64,000 bases of DNA, from contig JBNRMN010000067.1 of assembly GCA_050309605.1 (NCBI GenBank), positions 32,001 to 96,000 on the forward strand, written 5' to 3'. The DNA is from Anaerohalosphaeraceae bacterium. Its GTDB lineage: Bacteria; Planctomycetota; Phycisphaerae; Sedimentisphaerales; Anaerohalosphaeraceae. A program made the position numbers and the translations under genes. The notes below the pieces were generated by a model that saw only the letters and a list, made by a program, of their open reading frames with translations, did no database searches and was not told the origin of the DNA. Shown here piece after piece: positions 21,391-30,038 of this stretch (the first letter of the stretch is position 1; each line of letters begins with the position of its first letter).

Positions 21391-21753
21391 CAACAGCCGA
21401 CCCGCGCAAGCGGCCGGATCCTGTGGCGTCTTGCAAAACGTCCCATTTATCCGCATCCCCCTATCGGGCGGCTTGCGCCGCCGCGCTGTTGTGCGCGATG
21501 TTGCGCCGCGTCATCGTACAACAGCCGAGCGGCGCGAGCCGCCGGATAATCTTGCGACTTGGAAAACGCCCCATCTATCCGCATCCCTATCGGGCCTCTT
21601 GCGCGGCCGCGCTGTTGTGCGCGCTGTTGCGTTGCGTCATCGTACAACAGCCGAGCGGCGCGAGCCGCCGGATAATCTTGCGACTTGGAAAACGCCCCAT
21701 CCATCCGCATCCCCCTATCGGGCCGCTTGCGCGGCCGCGCTGTTGTGCCGCAA
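21391..21753. repeat. About 3 tandem copies of a 126-128 bp REP/BIME-like palindromic unit
   Basis: caacagccga recurs at 21391, 21519 and 21645; each unit holds inverted gcggcgcgagccgccggat / atcgggcggcttgcgccgccgcgc palindromes. Confidence 0.9.
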
Positions 21754-21876
21754 TTTTATGACGTGCAAAAACAATTTTTTGTCTATTTTAACAAATCTTT
21801 GTTAATTTGCGTGTTTTTATGGTCGAAACACCGTCAGTAATAAACCATATATCACAGGATTTTAGGAGATTTGACC

Positions 21877-22242
21877 ATGGATTGCGTAATGGAACGACGG
21901 CGGGAAGCAAGATTGCGTTACAGTTGGCCCATCTGGTTTGCGGAGGATTTTGACGACATCCTTACCCAGGGACAGATGGTCGATCTGTCCAGCAGCGGCG
22001 CGGCGTTCACCTGTTACGCAGATCGCTGTCCCGGCCACGGTGAACACATCACCGCCCGTTTCAGCGTCCCTGCATCCGAGACAGCGGACTCCTTTGATCT
22101 GAAAAATTTCATTCGCGACGGCAAAATCTGCCGAATTGACGAGCTGGGGCCGCATATTCGCCGCGTGGCGTTTCAGTTTTGCGAGCCGCTGCCCTTCAAG
22201 CCCGCCGAGCAAAATGCAGAGTCGGAATTGATGTCCGTCTGA
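21877..22242 (+). CDS. Stand-alone PilZ domain protein (c-di-GMP receptor)
   Basis: RRREAR (RxxxR) and DLSSSG (DxSxxG) motifs; RBS aggag. Confidence 0.85.
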   Translation: MDCVMERRREARLRYSWPIWFAEDFDDILTQGQMVDLSSSGAAFTCYADRCPGHGEHITARFSVPASETADSFDLKNFIRDGKICRIDELGPHIRRVAFQFCEPLPFKPAEQNAESELMSV

Positions 22243-22266
22243 GTCCATTTAACAGTTCACTGTCCA

Positions 22267-22301
22267 GGCCCGGCCGGTTTTTTTACCGTCGGGCTTTTTT
22301 T
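22267..22301 (+). terminator. Intrinsic terminator after the PilZ gene
   Basis: gcccggccggt-loop-accgtcgggc followed by a T tract. Confidence 0.7.
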
Positions 22302-22338
22302 ATTGACCTCTTGGCCGGCGAGGTTAGTATATAAAGGT

Positions 22339-22884
22339 ATGTTGGAAAAAGGACTTGTACAGGTTTACACCGGCCGAGGTAAAGGCAAAACCACCGCCGC
22401 GCTCGGGCTGGCGCTGCGTGCGGCAGGGCACGGCGCCAACGTTTTGATTTATCAATTTCTCAAACCGGCTGAGCTGGCCGTTGGCGAACGCAGCTTTCTC
22501 CAGGCCGGAACCATTGAAGGCATTAACCTGCGCACGCTGGATGAACCGTGGGATATGTTTGAATCTATGGGCGACCAGCAGGCTCTTGCACGGGTGCGAA
22601 AGGCGATTTCCGAGGCCCTGAAGGAACTGGAGACCGCCGCTCACGAGAAATATTACGATGTCATCGTGCTGGACGAGATTGTCTTTTGCCTCGAACACAA
22701 GCTGGCATCGATGGACGACATCCGCTGTCTGATTGAGAACCGCGACCCGCATGTCGAACTGGTGCTGACCGGACGGGGCGCGTCGCAGGAACTGATTGAT
22801 ATGGCCGATCTGGTCACTGAGATGCGCTCGATCAAACACCCCTTCGACGACGGCGCCGCCGCCCGCAAAGGCATCGAGTACTAA
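22339..22884 (+). CDS. cobO: Cob(I)yrinic acid a,c-diamide adenosyltransferase (CobO/BtuR family)
   Basis: GLVQVYTGRGKGKTTAALGLALRA, QFLK, VLDEI, LTGR, ADLVTEM-x3-KHP, GIEY. Confidence 0.93.
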   Translation: MLEKGLVQVYTGRGKGKTTAALGLALRAAGHGANVLIYQFLKPAELAVGERSFLQAGTIEGINLRTLDEPWDMFESMGDQQALARVRKAISEALKELETAAHEKYYDVIVLDEIVFCLEHKLASMDDIRCLIENRDPHVELVLTGRGASQELIDMADLVTEMRSIKHPFDDGAAARKGIEY

Positions 22885-23900
22885 TTCAGCGTTTTTTTAA
22901 TGCGGATTCCGTCGCCGTAATCCTCCAGTTCATGCAGCCGAGCACGGGACTGCGGACTCATCGTCGGCCGATGACACACCAGCTTCAGCCGTCCATCAAA
23001 GGTCCTGAAAATCATCCCATGTCCGCTGTCGTCGGTCAGCAGCGGTTCGGCCTGACGCCACGGTCCGGCCAGCCGACCGGACAGCGAATAGGCGACCGTC
23101 TGGGCATACGTGCTGTTTTCCTGCCAACTGGACCAAATCATCAGCAGTTTTCCGGTTCGGGTTCGATAAAAAAACGGCCCGTCGGTGACAAAGGTCCGCG
23201 GCGGGTCGTCCGGCTTGGCCTGCCACGGCGAAATCCACGGCGCGTCCGAGCCGCGAAACAGCAACATCGGCTGCCCGACCGAGACGGACAAATCCGGCGA
23301 AAGCCGTACCGCGCTGATCGTGCCGTCGGTAACCTGAATCCACTCATGACAATAGACCATCCAGGGCACACCGTCCTCGACAAACAGCGTGCCGTCCAGC
23401 GTCATCAACCCGTCCGGCGTACTCGGTTTATCGGCTATTGCCTTGAACGGCCCGTCCGGGCGGTCGCTGACAAAGACCTGCGTGGCCCGCATATGCGTCA
23501 CGCGCGGCGTTTGGGGCGGTTCCGTGTAAATTTTGTCCTGATTATGCAGCGTCACGAATAGATAATACTTGTCTTTATACTGATGCACTTCCGGTGCCCA
23601 GGCGCCATGTGCGGGATTGGCCCAGCCGTCTTGGGGGACGTCAAAGACCACGTGGGGTCCGAACCACATCTGAAGGTCTTTGCTTGTATAGGCGACAACG
23701 CCGGCCTGTCCTCGCGGCAGCGCACCGGAGGTGACGCTCGTATAGAGATAATAGGTTTGGCTTTCGCCGTCGGCCAGGATGAACGGATCGTGTGCTCGAA
23801 ACGCCTCCAGTGGTCGGCCTTCGTCGCCGTGTGCCGGGGCAATCAGCACCTGCACGGCAAACAGCACAACAGCAACACCATATAAACCGTCTCTTGTCAT
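22881..23900 (-). CDS. Secreted glycoside hydrolase family 43
   Basis: Signal peptide; HDPFIL, WAPEV, LDGTLF, VTDGPF, GHGMIF five-bladed propeller motifs. Confidence 0.92.
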   Translation of the reverse strand: MTRDGLYGVAVVLFAVQVLIAPAHGDEGRPLEAFRAHDPFILADGESQTYYLYTSVTSGALPRGQAGVVAYTSKDLQMWFGPHVVFDVPQDGWANPAHGAWAPEVHQYKDKYYLFVTLHNQDKIYTEPPQTPRVTHMRATQVFVSDRPDGPFKAIADKPSTPDGLMTLDGTLFVEDGVPWMVYCHEWIQVTDGTISAVRLSPDLSVSVGQPMLLFRGSDAPWISPWQAKPDDPPRTFVTDGPFFYRTRTGKLLMIWSSWQENSTYAQTVAYSLSGRLAGPWRQAEPLLTDDSGHGMIFRTFDGRLKLVCHRPTMSPQSRARLHELEDYGDGIRIKKTLN

Positions 23901-24080
23901 TGGTTGTCCTTTCTGTTCGAGAGGATGATTCCGGTGGCTTTGTAAGCAACCTGCACTGTACCTCAAACGCCGAAAAACCGCAATATATTGGACAATTTTT
24001 CAAAAAAACTGCAATATTTCTACATCCCTAACGTTCAGATTCTTTGAAAAGAGATTGATGATCGCCAACCTATTCCCTCA

Positions 24081-24121
24081 GCGGGTTGCGGGCGCTGGTC
24101 GCCTGCGGCCCGTCTTTTTTT
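24081..24121 (+). terminator. Terminator-like GC hairpin with T tract in a divergent intergenic region
   Basis: gcgggttgcgggcg-ctggt-cgcctgcggcccgt then ctttttt. Confidence 0.5.
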
Positions 24122-24282
24122 GACTTCATAGAATATATCTATACTACCCGGTGTTTGTTTGGGTTCGAATTGGCTGTGTTTGGACGAAATTTGCGGTTGA
24201 GTTTGGCGTTCATTTGGGTATAGTGGGGTCAGATTGGGATCATCGAACAGTTTGGCATCCTCAAACCACATGGAGACGCGAT

Positions 24283-25719
24283 ATGAACTATCTTGCAGTC
24301 GATCTGGGAGCCGAGAGCGGACGGGTCATGATTGGAACCATTCACGACGACAAACTTACCCTGCGTCAGGCGCACCGTTTTGCCAACGGGCCGGTTGAGG
24401 AAAACGGCTCGCTGAAGTGGGATTTCGAAAAGCTGATGGGCGAAATCAAGGCCGGGCTGAAAATGGCCATCGCCGAGTGCAAAGGCGACGTGGCCGGCAT
24501 CGGCGTCGATAGCTGGGGGGTGGATTTCGGTCTGCTGGACAAGAACGGCAGAGTGCTCGAAAAACCCTATCATTACCGCGACAGCCGCACCAACGGAATG
24601 ATTGAGAAGGCCTGTGAGTTGATGGGACGCCGCGCGCTGTACGACAACAGCGGCATTCAGTTTCTGCCGTTTAACAGCGTCTATCAGTTGTTGGCAATGC
24701 GAACCGCCGGCGATCCGGCACTGGACAACGCCGACAAACTGATGTTTATCGCCGATCTGGTCGCGTATCATTTGTGCGGACAGGTGTTTGCCGAGTACAG
24801 TTTGGCCAGTACCTCGCAGTTGATGGATATGCGCACGGGCCGATGGTCTCAGGCGATTCTTGAGGCCCTGGGTCTGCCTGAACACCTGCTGCCTGTGATC
24901 CTGCCGACCGGCACGATGCTGGCCAAATTGACCGAGACGACGGCCCAGGAGCTGGGCTGTGAACCGATTCCGGTGATTGCCACCGCTTCGCACGACACGG
25001 CCTGTGCGGTCGCGGGCGTGCCGGCGAGAAAGGATACCGATTGGGCGTATCTGTCCAGCGGCACGTGGAGTCTGATGGGCATCGAAACACCCAAGGCCGT
25101 GATCAATGACACCACCTATGAGTTTATGTTCACCAACGAAGGCGGCGTGGGTAATACGATTCGCCTGCTGAAAAATATTATGGGTCTGTGGCTCGTGCAG
25201 GAGTGCCGGCGTCAGTGGCAGCGTGAAGGCGATACGCTGGATTATGCTCAATTGACTGAACTGGCCAAAAAGGCCAGGCCTTTTGCTGCGACAATTGATC
25301 CGGACTACGGCGATTTCCTGGCCCCCGGCGATATGCCGGAAAAAATCAACCGTTATCTTGAAAGCACCGGCCAGCAGCGCATCGACGACAAAGGACAGAT
25401 GGTTCGAGTCGTTATTGAAAGTCTGGCGCGGCGCTATCGGCAGACGCTCAAGCAGCTTGAAGAACTCAAGGGCGGCCCGATTGATGTCTTGCATATGGTC
25501 GGCGGCGGCATTCAAAATGAGCTGCTCAATCAACTGACCGCCGATGCGACCGGCTGTACCGTGATTGCCGGCCCGGTGGAGGCGACGGCGGGGGGCAATG
25601 TACTCGTCCAGGCGATGGCGTCCGGGCAGATTTCTTCGCTGGCGGCGGCCCGGCAGGTGATGGCCAACTCCGTTGAACTGAAGACCTATCAACCCGACAA
25701 TACCGAAGCGTGGATGTAG
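24283..25719 (+). CDS. rhaB: Rhamnulokinase (FGGY family)
   Basis: LAVDLGAESGR, GVDSWGVDF, HYRDSRT, SHDTA, SSGTWSLMG, TNEGG, NIMGLW, GPVEATA. Confidence 0.92.
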   Translation: MNYLAVDLGAESGRVMIGTIHDDKLTLRQAHRFANGPVEENGSLKWDFEKLMGEIKAGLKMAIAECKGDVAGIGVDSWGVDFGLLDKNGRVLEKPYHYRDSRTNGMIEKACELMGRRALYDNSGIQFLPFNSVYQLLAMRTAGDPALDNADKLMFIADLVAYHLCGQVFAEYSLASTSQLMDMRTGRWSQAILEALGLPEHLLPVILPTGTMLAKLTETTAQELGCEPIPVIATASHDTACAVAGVPARKDTDWAYLSSGTWSLMGIETPKAVINDTTYEFMFTNEGGVGNTIRLLKNIMGLWLVQECRRQWQREGDTLDYAQLTELAKKARPFAATIDPDYGDFLAPGDMPEKINRYLESTGQQRIDDKGQMVRVVIESLARRYRQTLKQLEELKGGPIDVLHMVGGGIQNELLNQLTADATGCTVIAGPVEATAGGNVLVQAMASGQISSLAAARQVMANSVELKTYQPDNTEAWM

Positions 25720-25751
25720 AATTCAGAATGTAGGATTGAGATTTTCAGATT

Positions 25752-27239
25752 GTGGAAGATGTAAGCACTTTTGTCAAGCTCATTGAGAGCGGCTATCCGT
25801 GTCTGTCCATCGTCACGCACGAGGAGCATGAAGCGCTGGATGTCGTTCGGCGGGCGGCCAAGAATCTCGAATATCAGATGCGGGTCTGGTCGCTCGGTCT
25901 GGGGATGCGCAACGGACTGAATCCGCTCGATCCGCCCGATACCCAACTGCGCTCGCCTGAAGCGGGTCTGCTTGCGTTTTCTCGAATGCCTACCAAAACC
26001 GTCTGTGTTGCCCTGGATATCGCACCGCTGCTGAATTCATCGCTGGTATTGCGGGCGCTGCGCGATACAATCCATCATGTTGAATTGAACAAAAATGTGC
26101 TCGTGCTGGTGGACAGCGAAGACAAGCTGCCCGATGTCATCAAGTCTCACGCCCGCAGTTTTGAACTGTCGCTGCCGACGGATGTGGAGCTGGATTTGCT
26201 GGTACGCTCCACGGTACGGGAAATTTTTCATGTGACGCCGTTGGAAATCGGCATCACCAAAAGCGGATTGGCGGCCATGGTTCGCAATTTGCGAGGGCTT
26301 TCACCGCGACAGGCACGGCAGTTGATTTATGATATTACCGTTTCCGATAAGCGGCTGGACGACAGTGATGTCAACAAGATTATCGCCGGCAAACGCCGGC
26401 TGCTGCAATCGGACGGCCTGCTCGAATATGTCGAAGCGCCGCTGACGATGGATGAAATCGGCGGGATGGCGAATCTGAAGGAATGGCTGCGGATGCGCAA
26501 AAACGCCTTCAGCGAACAAGCCGTCCGATTCGGCCTGACGCCGCCGCGCGGCGTCCTGATGCTCGGTGTGCAGGGCGCCGGCAAGAGCCTGTGCGCCAAG
26601 GCCATCGCCACGGCCTGGCAGCAGCCGCTGTTTCGGCTTGACTGCGGCACGCTGTACAACAGTTACGTCGGCGAATCCGAACGCAACCTGCGAAAGGCCC
26701 TTCGCCAGATCGAGGCGATGGCGCCGGCGGTCTTGTGGATTGACGAGATCGAAAAGGCCTTTGCCTCCGCGGCCAGCCGCAGCACCGACGGCGGTCTGAG
26801 CAAGCGGATGTTCGCCACGCTGCTGACCTGGATGCAGGAGCACGCCGAGCCGGTCTTTCTGGTTGCCACCGCCAACGATATCAACGCATTGCCGCCGGAA
26901 CTGCTGCGTAAGGGGCGGTTTGATGAAATCTTTTTTGTCGGGTTGCCGGGGCCGCAGGCCCGCGAGGCGATTTTCCGGATCCATCTGTCCAAACGCGGCC
27001 GTCCGGCCGAGCCATTCGATATTGCCCAACTGGCCGCGGCGGCAGAAGGATACAGCGGCGCCGAGATCGAGCAGGCCGTGCTCTCGGCTTTGCATGGGGC
27101 CTTTGATAAGCAGGTTCCCCTGGATACGGCGCTGCTGGAAAAGACGCTGCGGGCGTCGCCGCCCATTTCCGTAACGCGGGCTGAAGAAATCGCCGCCCTG
27201 TGCGAATGGGCGCAGGGCCGATGCGTCCTGGCGGATTGA
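25752..27239 (+). CDS. Ycf46-like AAA+ ATPase
   Basis: Degenerate N-terminal AAA domain; IGG-x2-NLK-x-WL, Walker A GVQGAGKS, Walker B LWIDEIEK, ELLRKGRFDE. Confidence 0.88.
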   Translation: MEDVSTFVKLIESGYPCLSIVTHEEHEALDVVRRAAKNLEYQMRVWSLGLGMRNGLNPLDPPDTQLRSPEAGLLAFSRMPTKTVCVALDIAPLLNSSLVLRALRDTIHHVELNKNVLVLVDSEDKLPDVIKSHARSFELSLPTDVELDLLVRSTVREIFHVTPLEIGITKSGLAAMVRNLRGLSPRQARQLIYDITVSDKRLDDSDVNKIIAGKRRLLQSDGLLEYVEAPLTMDEIGGMANLKEWLRMRKNAFSEQAVRFGLTPPRGVLMLGVQGAGKSLCAKAIATAWQQPLFRLDCGTLYNSYVGESERNLRKALRQIEAMAPAVLWIDEIEKAFASAASRSTDGGLSKRMFATLLTWMQEHAEPVFLVATANDINALPPELLRKGRFDEIFFVGLPGPQAREAIFRIHLSKRGRPAEPFDIAQLAAAAEGYSGAEIEQAVLSALHGAFDKQVPLDTALLEKTLRASPPISVTRAEEIAALCEWAQGRCVLAD

Positions 27240-27340
27240 CTTCATGCCACGCATGCAAAAATGCGGGTAACAGGCTTTCGATGGGAACGTCTAAGAAGAA
27301 TGAAATCGCGTTTTTATTCAAACCATAAAGGAGAGTTTTT

Positions 27341-27730
27341 ATGAGAAAGTCGATTGTATTTGGACTCGTCGGGATCATTGGTTTTTGGGCGGCAGCAGGG
27401 TGCAGCAACGTCAGATCTATAGATAATGCGCCATCCCTGTTCCCGCCGCAGCCTTTGATTAACGAGGTCTTTACCGTGGATGGCATCCCGCACCCGAAAT
27501 ATATGGTCGGCGGCGGTTTTGCCGTGGAATTCAAAGCCCCCTGCGAGGGCATGTTGTTTTGGGTTGAACAAACCGAACGCCGCATGATGATGACCAAACA
27601 ACTTCAAGAGGGCCAGACGTTTGACGAATATGTGCCCGTCGATCAGGAAGAATTCAGACAGTTGTTCCGGGATATCGACAAGACCCGCTTTGTTTTGTAT
27701 TTCGTTCCGACACAGCCGACCGACCGATAA
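27341..27730 (+). CDS. Hypothetical lipoprotein
   Basis: Lipobox-like AAAGC after a hydrophobic stretch; RBS aaggag. Confidence 0.7.
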   Translation: MRKSIVFGLVGIIGFWAAAGCSNVRSIDNAPSLFPPQPLINEVFTVDGIPHPKYMVGGGFAVEFKAPCEGMLFWVEQTERRMMMTKQLQEGQTFDEYVPVDQEEFRQLFRDIDKTRFVLYFVPTQPTDR

Positions 27731-27940
27731 GGGATCATTTTCAAGACCTCGACCGTATCTGTCAAACAGCCGATTACCGTGCAAAAGTTCGGTGTCCTCG
27801 GCGTCGGTCTGTCCGATAATCCTTTAGCTCTTAAGCCCAATAAACCCTCACAGGCTTTAGTCTAATCCATATTCATACACTCACTGCCCGCCGGCTTGTT
27901 TGAGAACGTCAGTTATGGTATAATACAACCTGCCGAACGC

Positions 27941-28100
27941 AACAAAAGCGCGGCGGCGCGAGCCGCCCGATGGGACGTGACGCTGTGGGTGACGCAACCA
28001 CCCCGTCCGCCTGCGGCGGCCACCCCTCCTTGGTAAGGAGGGGAACCAAAAAAGTTCTCCCCCTGTCAAGGGGGAGTACCCGCGCAGCGGGGGAGGGGGT
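27941..28100. repeat. Left repeat block of the DUF559 cassette: A (27941-27997), B (27997-28044), inverted B-like C (28056-28100)
   Basis: A and B recur at 28590-28646 and 28538-28585; hairpins cccctccttggtaaggagggg and ctccccctgtcaagggggag. Confidence 0.9.
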
Positions 28101-28134
28101 ATAGAACAGGAAAAATTCGATAAAAGGTAACCGA

Positions 28135-28536
28135 ATGGCCGAGCAAGGGTTTAACAATCATCCGGAATTAAAGCCCTGCCGCAGGCAACTGCGAAGCTGT
28201 ATGACGCCGGCCGAAGCGCGGTTGTGGACGTACTTGAAGGGCAAGCAGCTTGACGGACGCAAGTTCCGTCGGCAGCACAGCTTTGGCGGCTATATTTTGG
28301 GCTTTTACTGTCCGGCTGAACGGCTGGCGATCGAACTGGACGGCAAGCCGCATTATTATGCGGAAGCGATTGAGCATGACCGTCGGCGGGATGCGTTTCT
28401 AAAACAGCATGGCATCTTGACGCTTCGGTATGTCAATCGCTGGATGTTTGACAACCCCGAAGGCGTGCTGGGTGATATTCGAGAACATTTTGGCTGGTGG
28501 AAGAAAGCGGATGCGGCTAAGGCCGCAACTAAATAA
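28135..28536 (+). CDS. DUF559 (Vsr-like) endonuclease domain protein
   Basis: RRQLR-x2-MTPAE-x2-LW, KFRRQH, YILGFYC-x4-LAIELDG-x2-H, D-x2-RD-x2-L-x3-G. Confidence 0.92.
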   Translation: MAEQGFNNHPELKPCRRQLRSCMTPAEARLWTYLKGKQLDGRKFRRQHSFGGYILGFYCPAERLAIELDGKPHYYAEAIEHDRRRDAFLKQHGILTLRYVNRWMFDNPEGVLGDIREHFGWWKKADAAKAATK

Positions 28537-28537
28537 T

Positions 28538-28668
28538 ACCACCTCGTCCGCCTGCGGCGGCCACCCCTCCTTGGTAAGGAGGGGAGTAAAACAAAAGCGC
28601 GGCGGCGCGAGCCGCCCGATGGGGCGCGACGCCGTGGGTAACGCAATCCGGCCGCTCGCGCGGCTCGG
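28538..28668. repeat. Right repeat block of the DUF559 cassette: B', A' and a further REP half
   Basis: B' differs from B at 1 of 48 nt; A' differs from A at 4 of 57 nt. Confidence 0.9.
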
Positions 28669-28705
28669 TTTTTGGGGTGGGTGCTGGTGATTTTTTGGGG
28701 ATGTG

Positions 28706-29527
28706 ATGGATTTGTGGCTTGAGACAATCGGGGTGTTCGCCGTCGCGGCGACGGGGATGCTGCTGGGGCACATGGCCTCGCGCAGCGGGTCGTTGTCGCG
28801 CACCGCGGCACTGGGAGTAACGTTCCTGCTGGTGGGGCTGGTTCTGGTTGGACGCTTCCCGACGGTGGTGTATCGCTGGCCGGCGCTGTATCCGCTGGCA
28901 GCCGGTCGCGTGCGGTTTGTGCTGCTGGTCTTTGCGGTGACACTGGGGCTTAGCGCGCCGCTGGCTCAACTGACCCGTCCGGGCGTGCGGATGCTGACAT
29001 GTGTGATGATGGCGCTGTTTGTTTCGGCGCTGACGATTTTTCCGTTTGTCGGCCCGGCGGCGGTGCAGGGGCAGTTGGCCACGCTGTACAACCAATGGGA
29101 TGCCGACCAGGTATGTCGTCAATCTCAGCCGTTTACCTGCGGGGCGGCGGCTGCGGCCACCGCGCTTCGCCGGTTGGGGATTGAGGCCGACGAAGGCGAA
29201 CTGGCCGTAGCGGCGCGCACCAGTCCGATGATCGGTGCGTCGGTCTGGACGCTGTATCTGGCGCTGAACGAGCGATACAGTCCGCAGGGTGTGTCCTGTT
29301 CGTTCGGTATGTTTGATAGGCTCGATGCGGTTCCGCAGGACGGCGTAATGCTGGCGGTGATGCGCGACAGCGCCTGGGGCGACCATTGTGTGGTCGTCCT
29401 CGAGATGACCTCGCGCGGCGTGACCATCGCCGACCCGGCACAGGGGCTGATCCATCTTTCGATAGAACAGTTCCTCCGTTCCTGGCGCGGCAGCGGCATT
29501 GTCCTTCGAAGACCGGCCGCGGCATAA
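28706..29527 (+). CDS. Membrane-anchored cysteine peptidase C39 family protein
   Basis: About four N-terminal transmembrane helices, then QSQPFTCGAAA (Cys), DHCVVV (His), IADPAQG and W-x-G motifs. Confidence 0.85.
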   Translation: MDLWLETIGVFAVAATGMLLGHMASRSGSLSRTAALGVTFLLVGLVLVGRFPTVVYRWPALYPLAAGRVRFVLLVFAVTLGLSAPLAQLTRPGVRMLTCVMMALFVSALTIFPFVGPAAVQGQLATLYNQWDADQVCRQSQPFTCGAAAAATALRRLGIEADEGELAVAARTSPMIGASVWTLYLALNERYSPQGVSCSFGMFDRLDAVPQDGVMLAVMRDSAWGDHCVVVLEMTSRGVTIADPAQGLIHLSIEQFLRSWRGSGIVLRRPAAA

Positions 29528-29537
29528 CGTCAACAAC

Positions 29538-30002
29538 TCAGGGGCAGGCCGTGTGTCTGCCCCTGATATATCTCATAATTGACGATTCAGCGACAGTCCC
29601 CTTGACCACCCCTCGGAGCGACACCAGCGCGGCACACCAGCGCGGCGCAATAGCGAGGCGGCGCAAGCCGCCCGATACGGGGATGCGTGTGTGTTGAACG
29701 TTATCCAAGGCGAGGTGTTATCCGGCTCACTTGCGCGGCTCGGCTGTTGTACGATGATGCGACACAACAGCGCGGCACAACAGCGCGGCGGCGCAAGCCG
29801 CCCGATCAGCGATGCGGATGCGTAAGGCGTTGTCTGAGTTGTAATATTATCCGGCGGCTTGCGCCGCTCGGCTGTTGAATAATGACGCAGCGCAACGGCG
29901 TGGTGCTATCCGGCCGCTCGCGCGGCTCGGCTATTGTTACGTGTCGCAATCCGGCCGCTGGCGCGGCTCGGCTATTTTGCGATGACGCGACACAACATTG
30001 CG
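29538..30002. repeat. Cluster of REP-like palindromes, mostly reverse-complement relatives of the 21391-21753 unit
   Basis: tcaggggcag-gccgtgtgt-ctgcccctga; repeated ggcggcgcaagccgcccgat and atccggc..ct.gcgc.gctcggct.tt. Confidence 0.85.
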
Positions 30003-30038
30003 ATGGTACAAGGGCACCCGATACGACAATCGCGATGG

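Noticed and set aside
21391..21753. Tandem repeats as a CRISPR array
   Set aside because: The whole ~127-bp unit repeats, with no unique spacers, and there are no cas genes
22243..22338. Cobalamin riboswitch upstream of cobO
   Set aside because: Under 100 nt, occupied by a terminator and a promoter-like sequence; no B12 box
25752..27730. Ycf46-like ATPase as part of a prophage or defence operon
   Set aside because: Host-like composition, and no phage, integrase or typical partner genes adjacent
28356..29536. Minus-strand ORFs of 134-335 aa
   Set aside because: They overlap the DUF559 and C39 genes and repeats, and have low-complexity Arg/Pro-rich shadow composition
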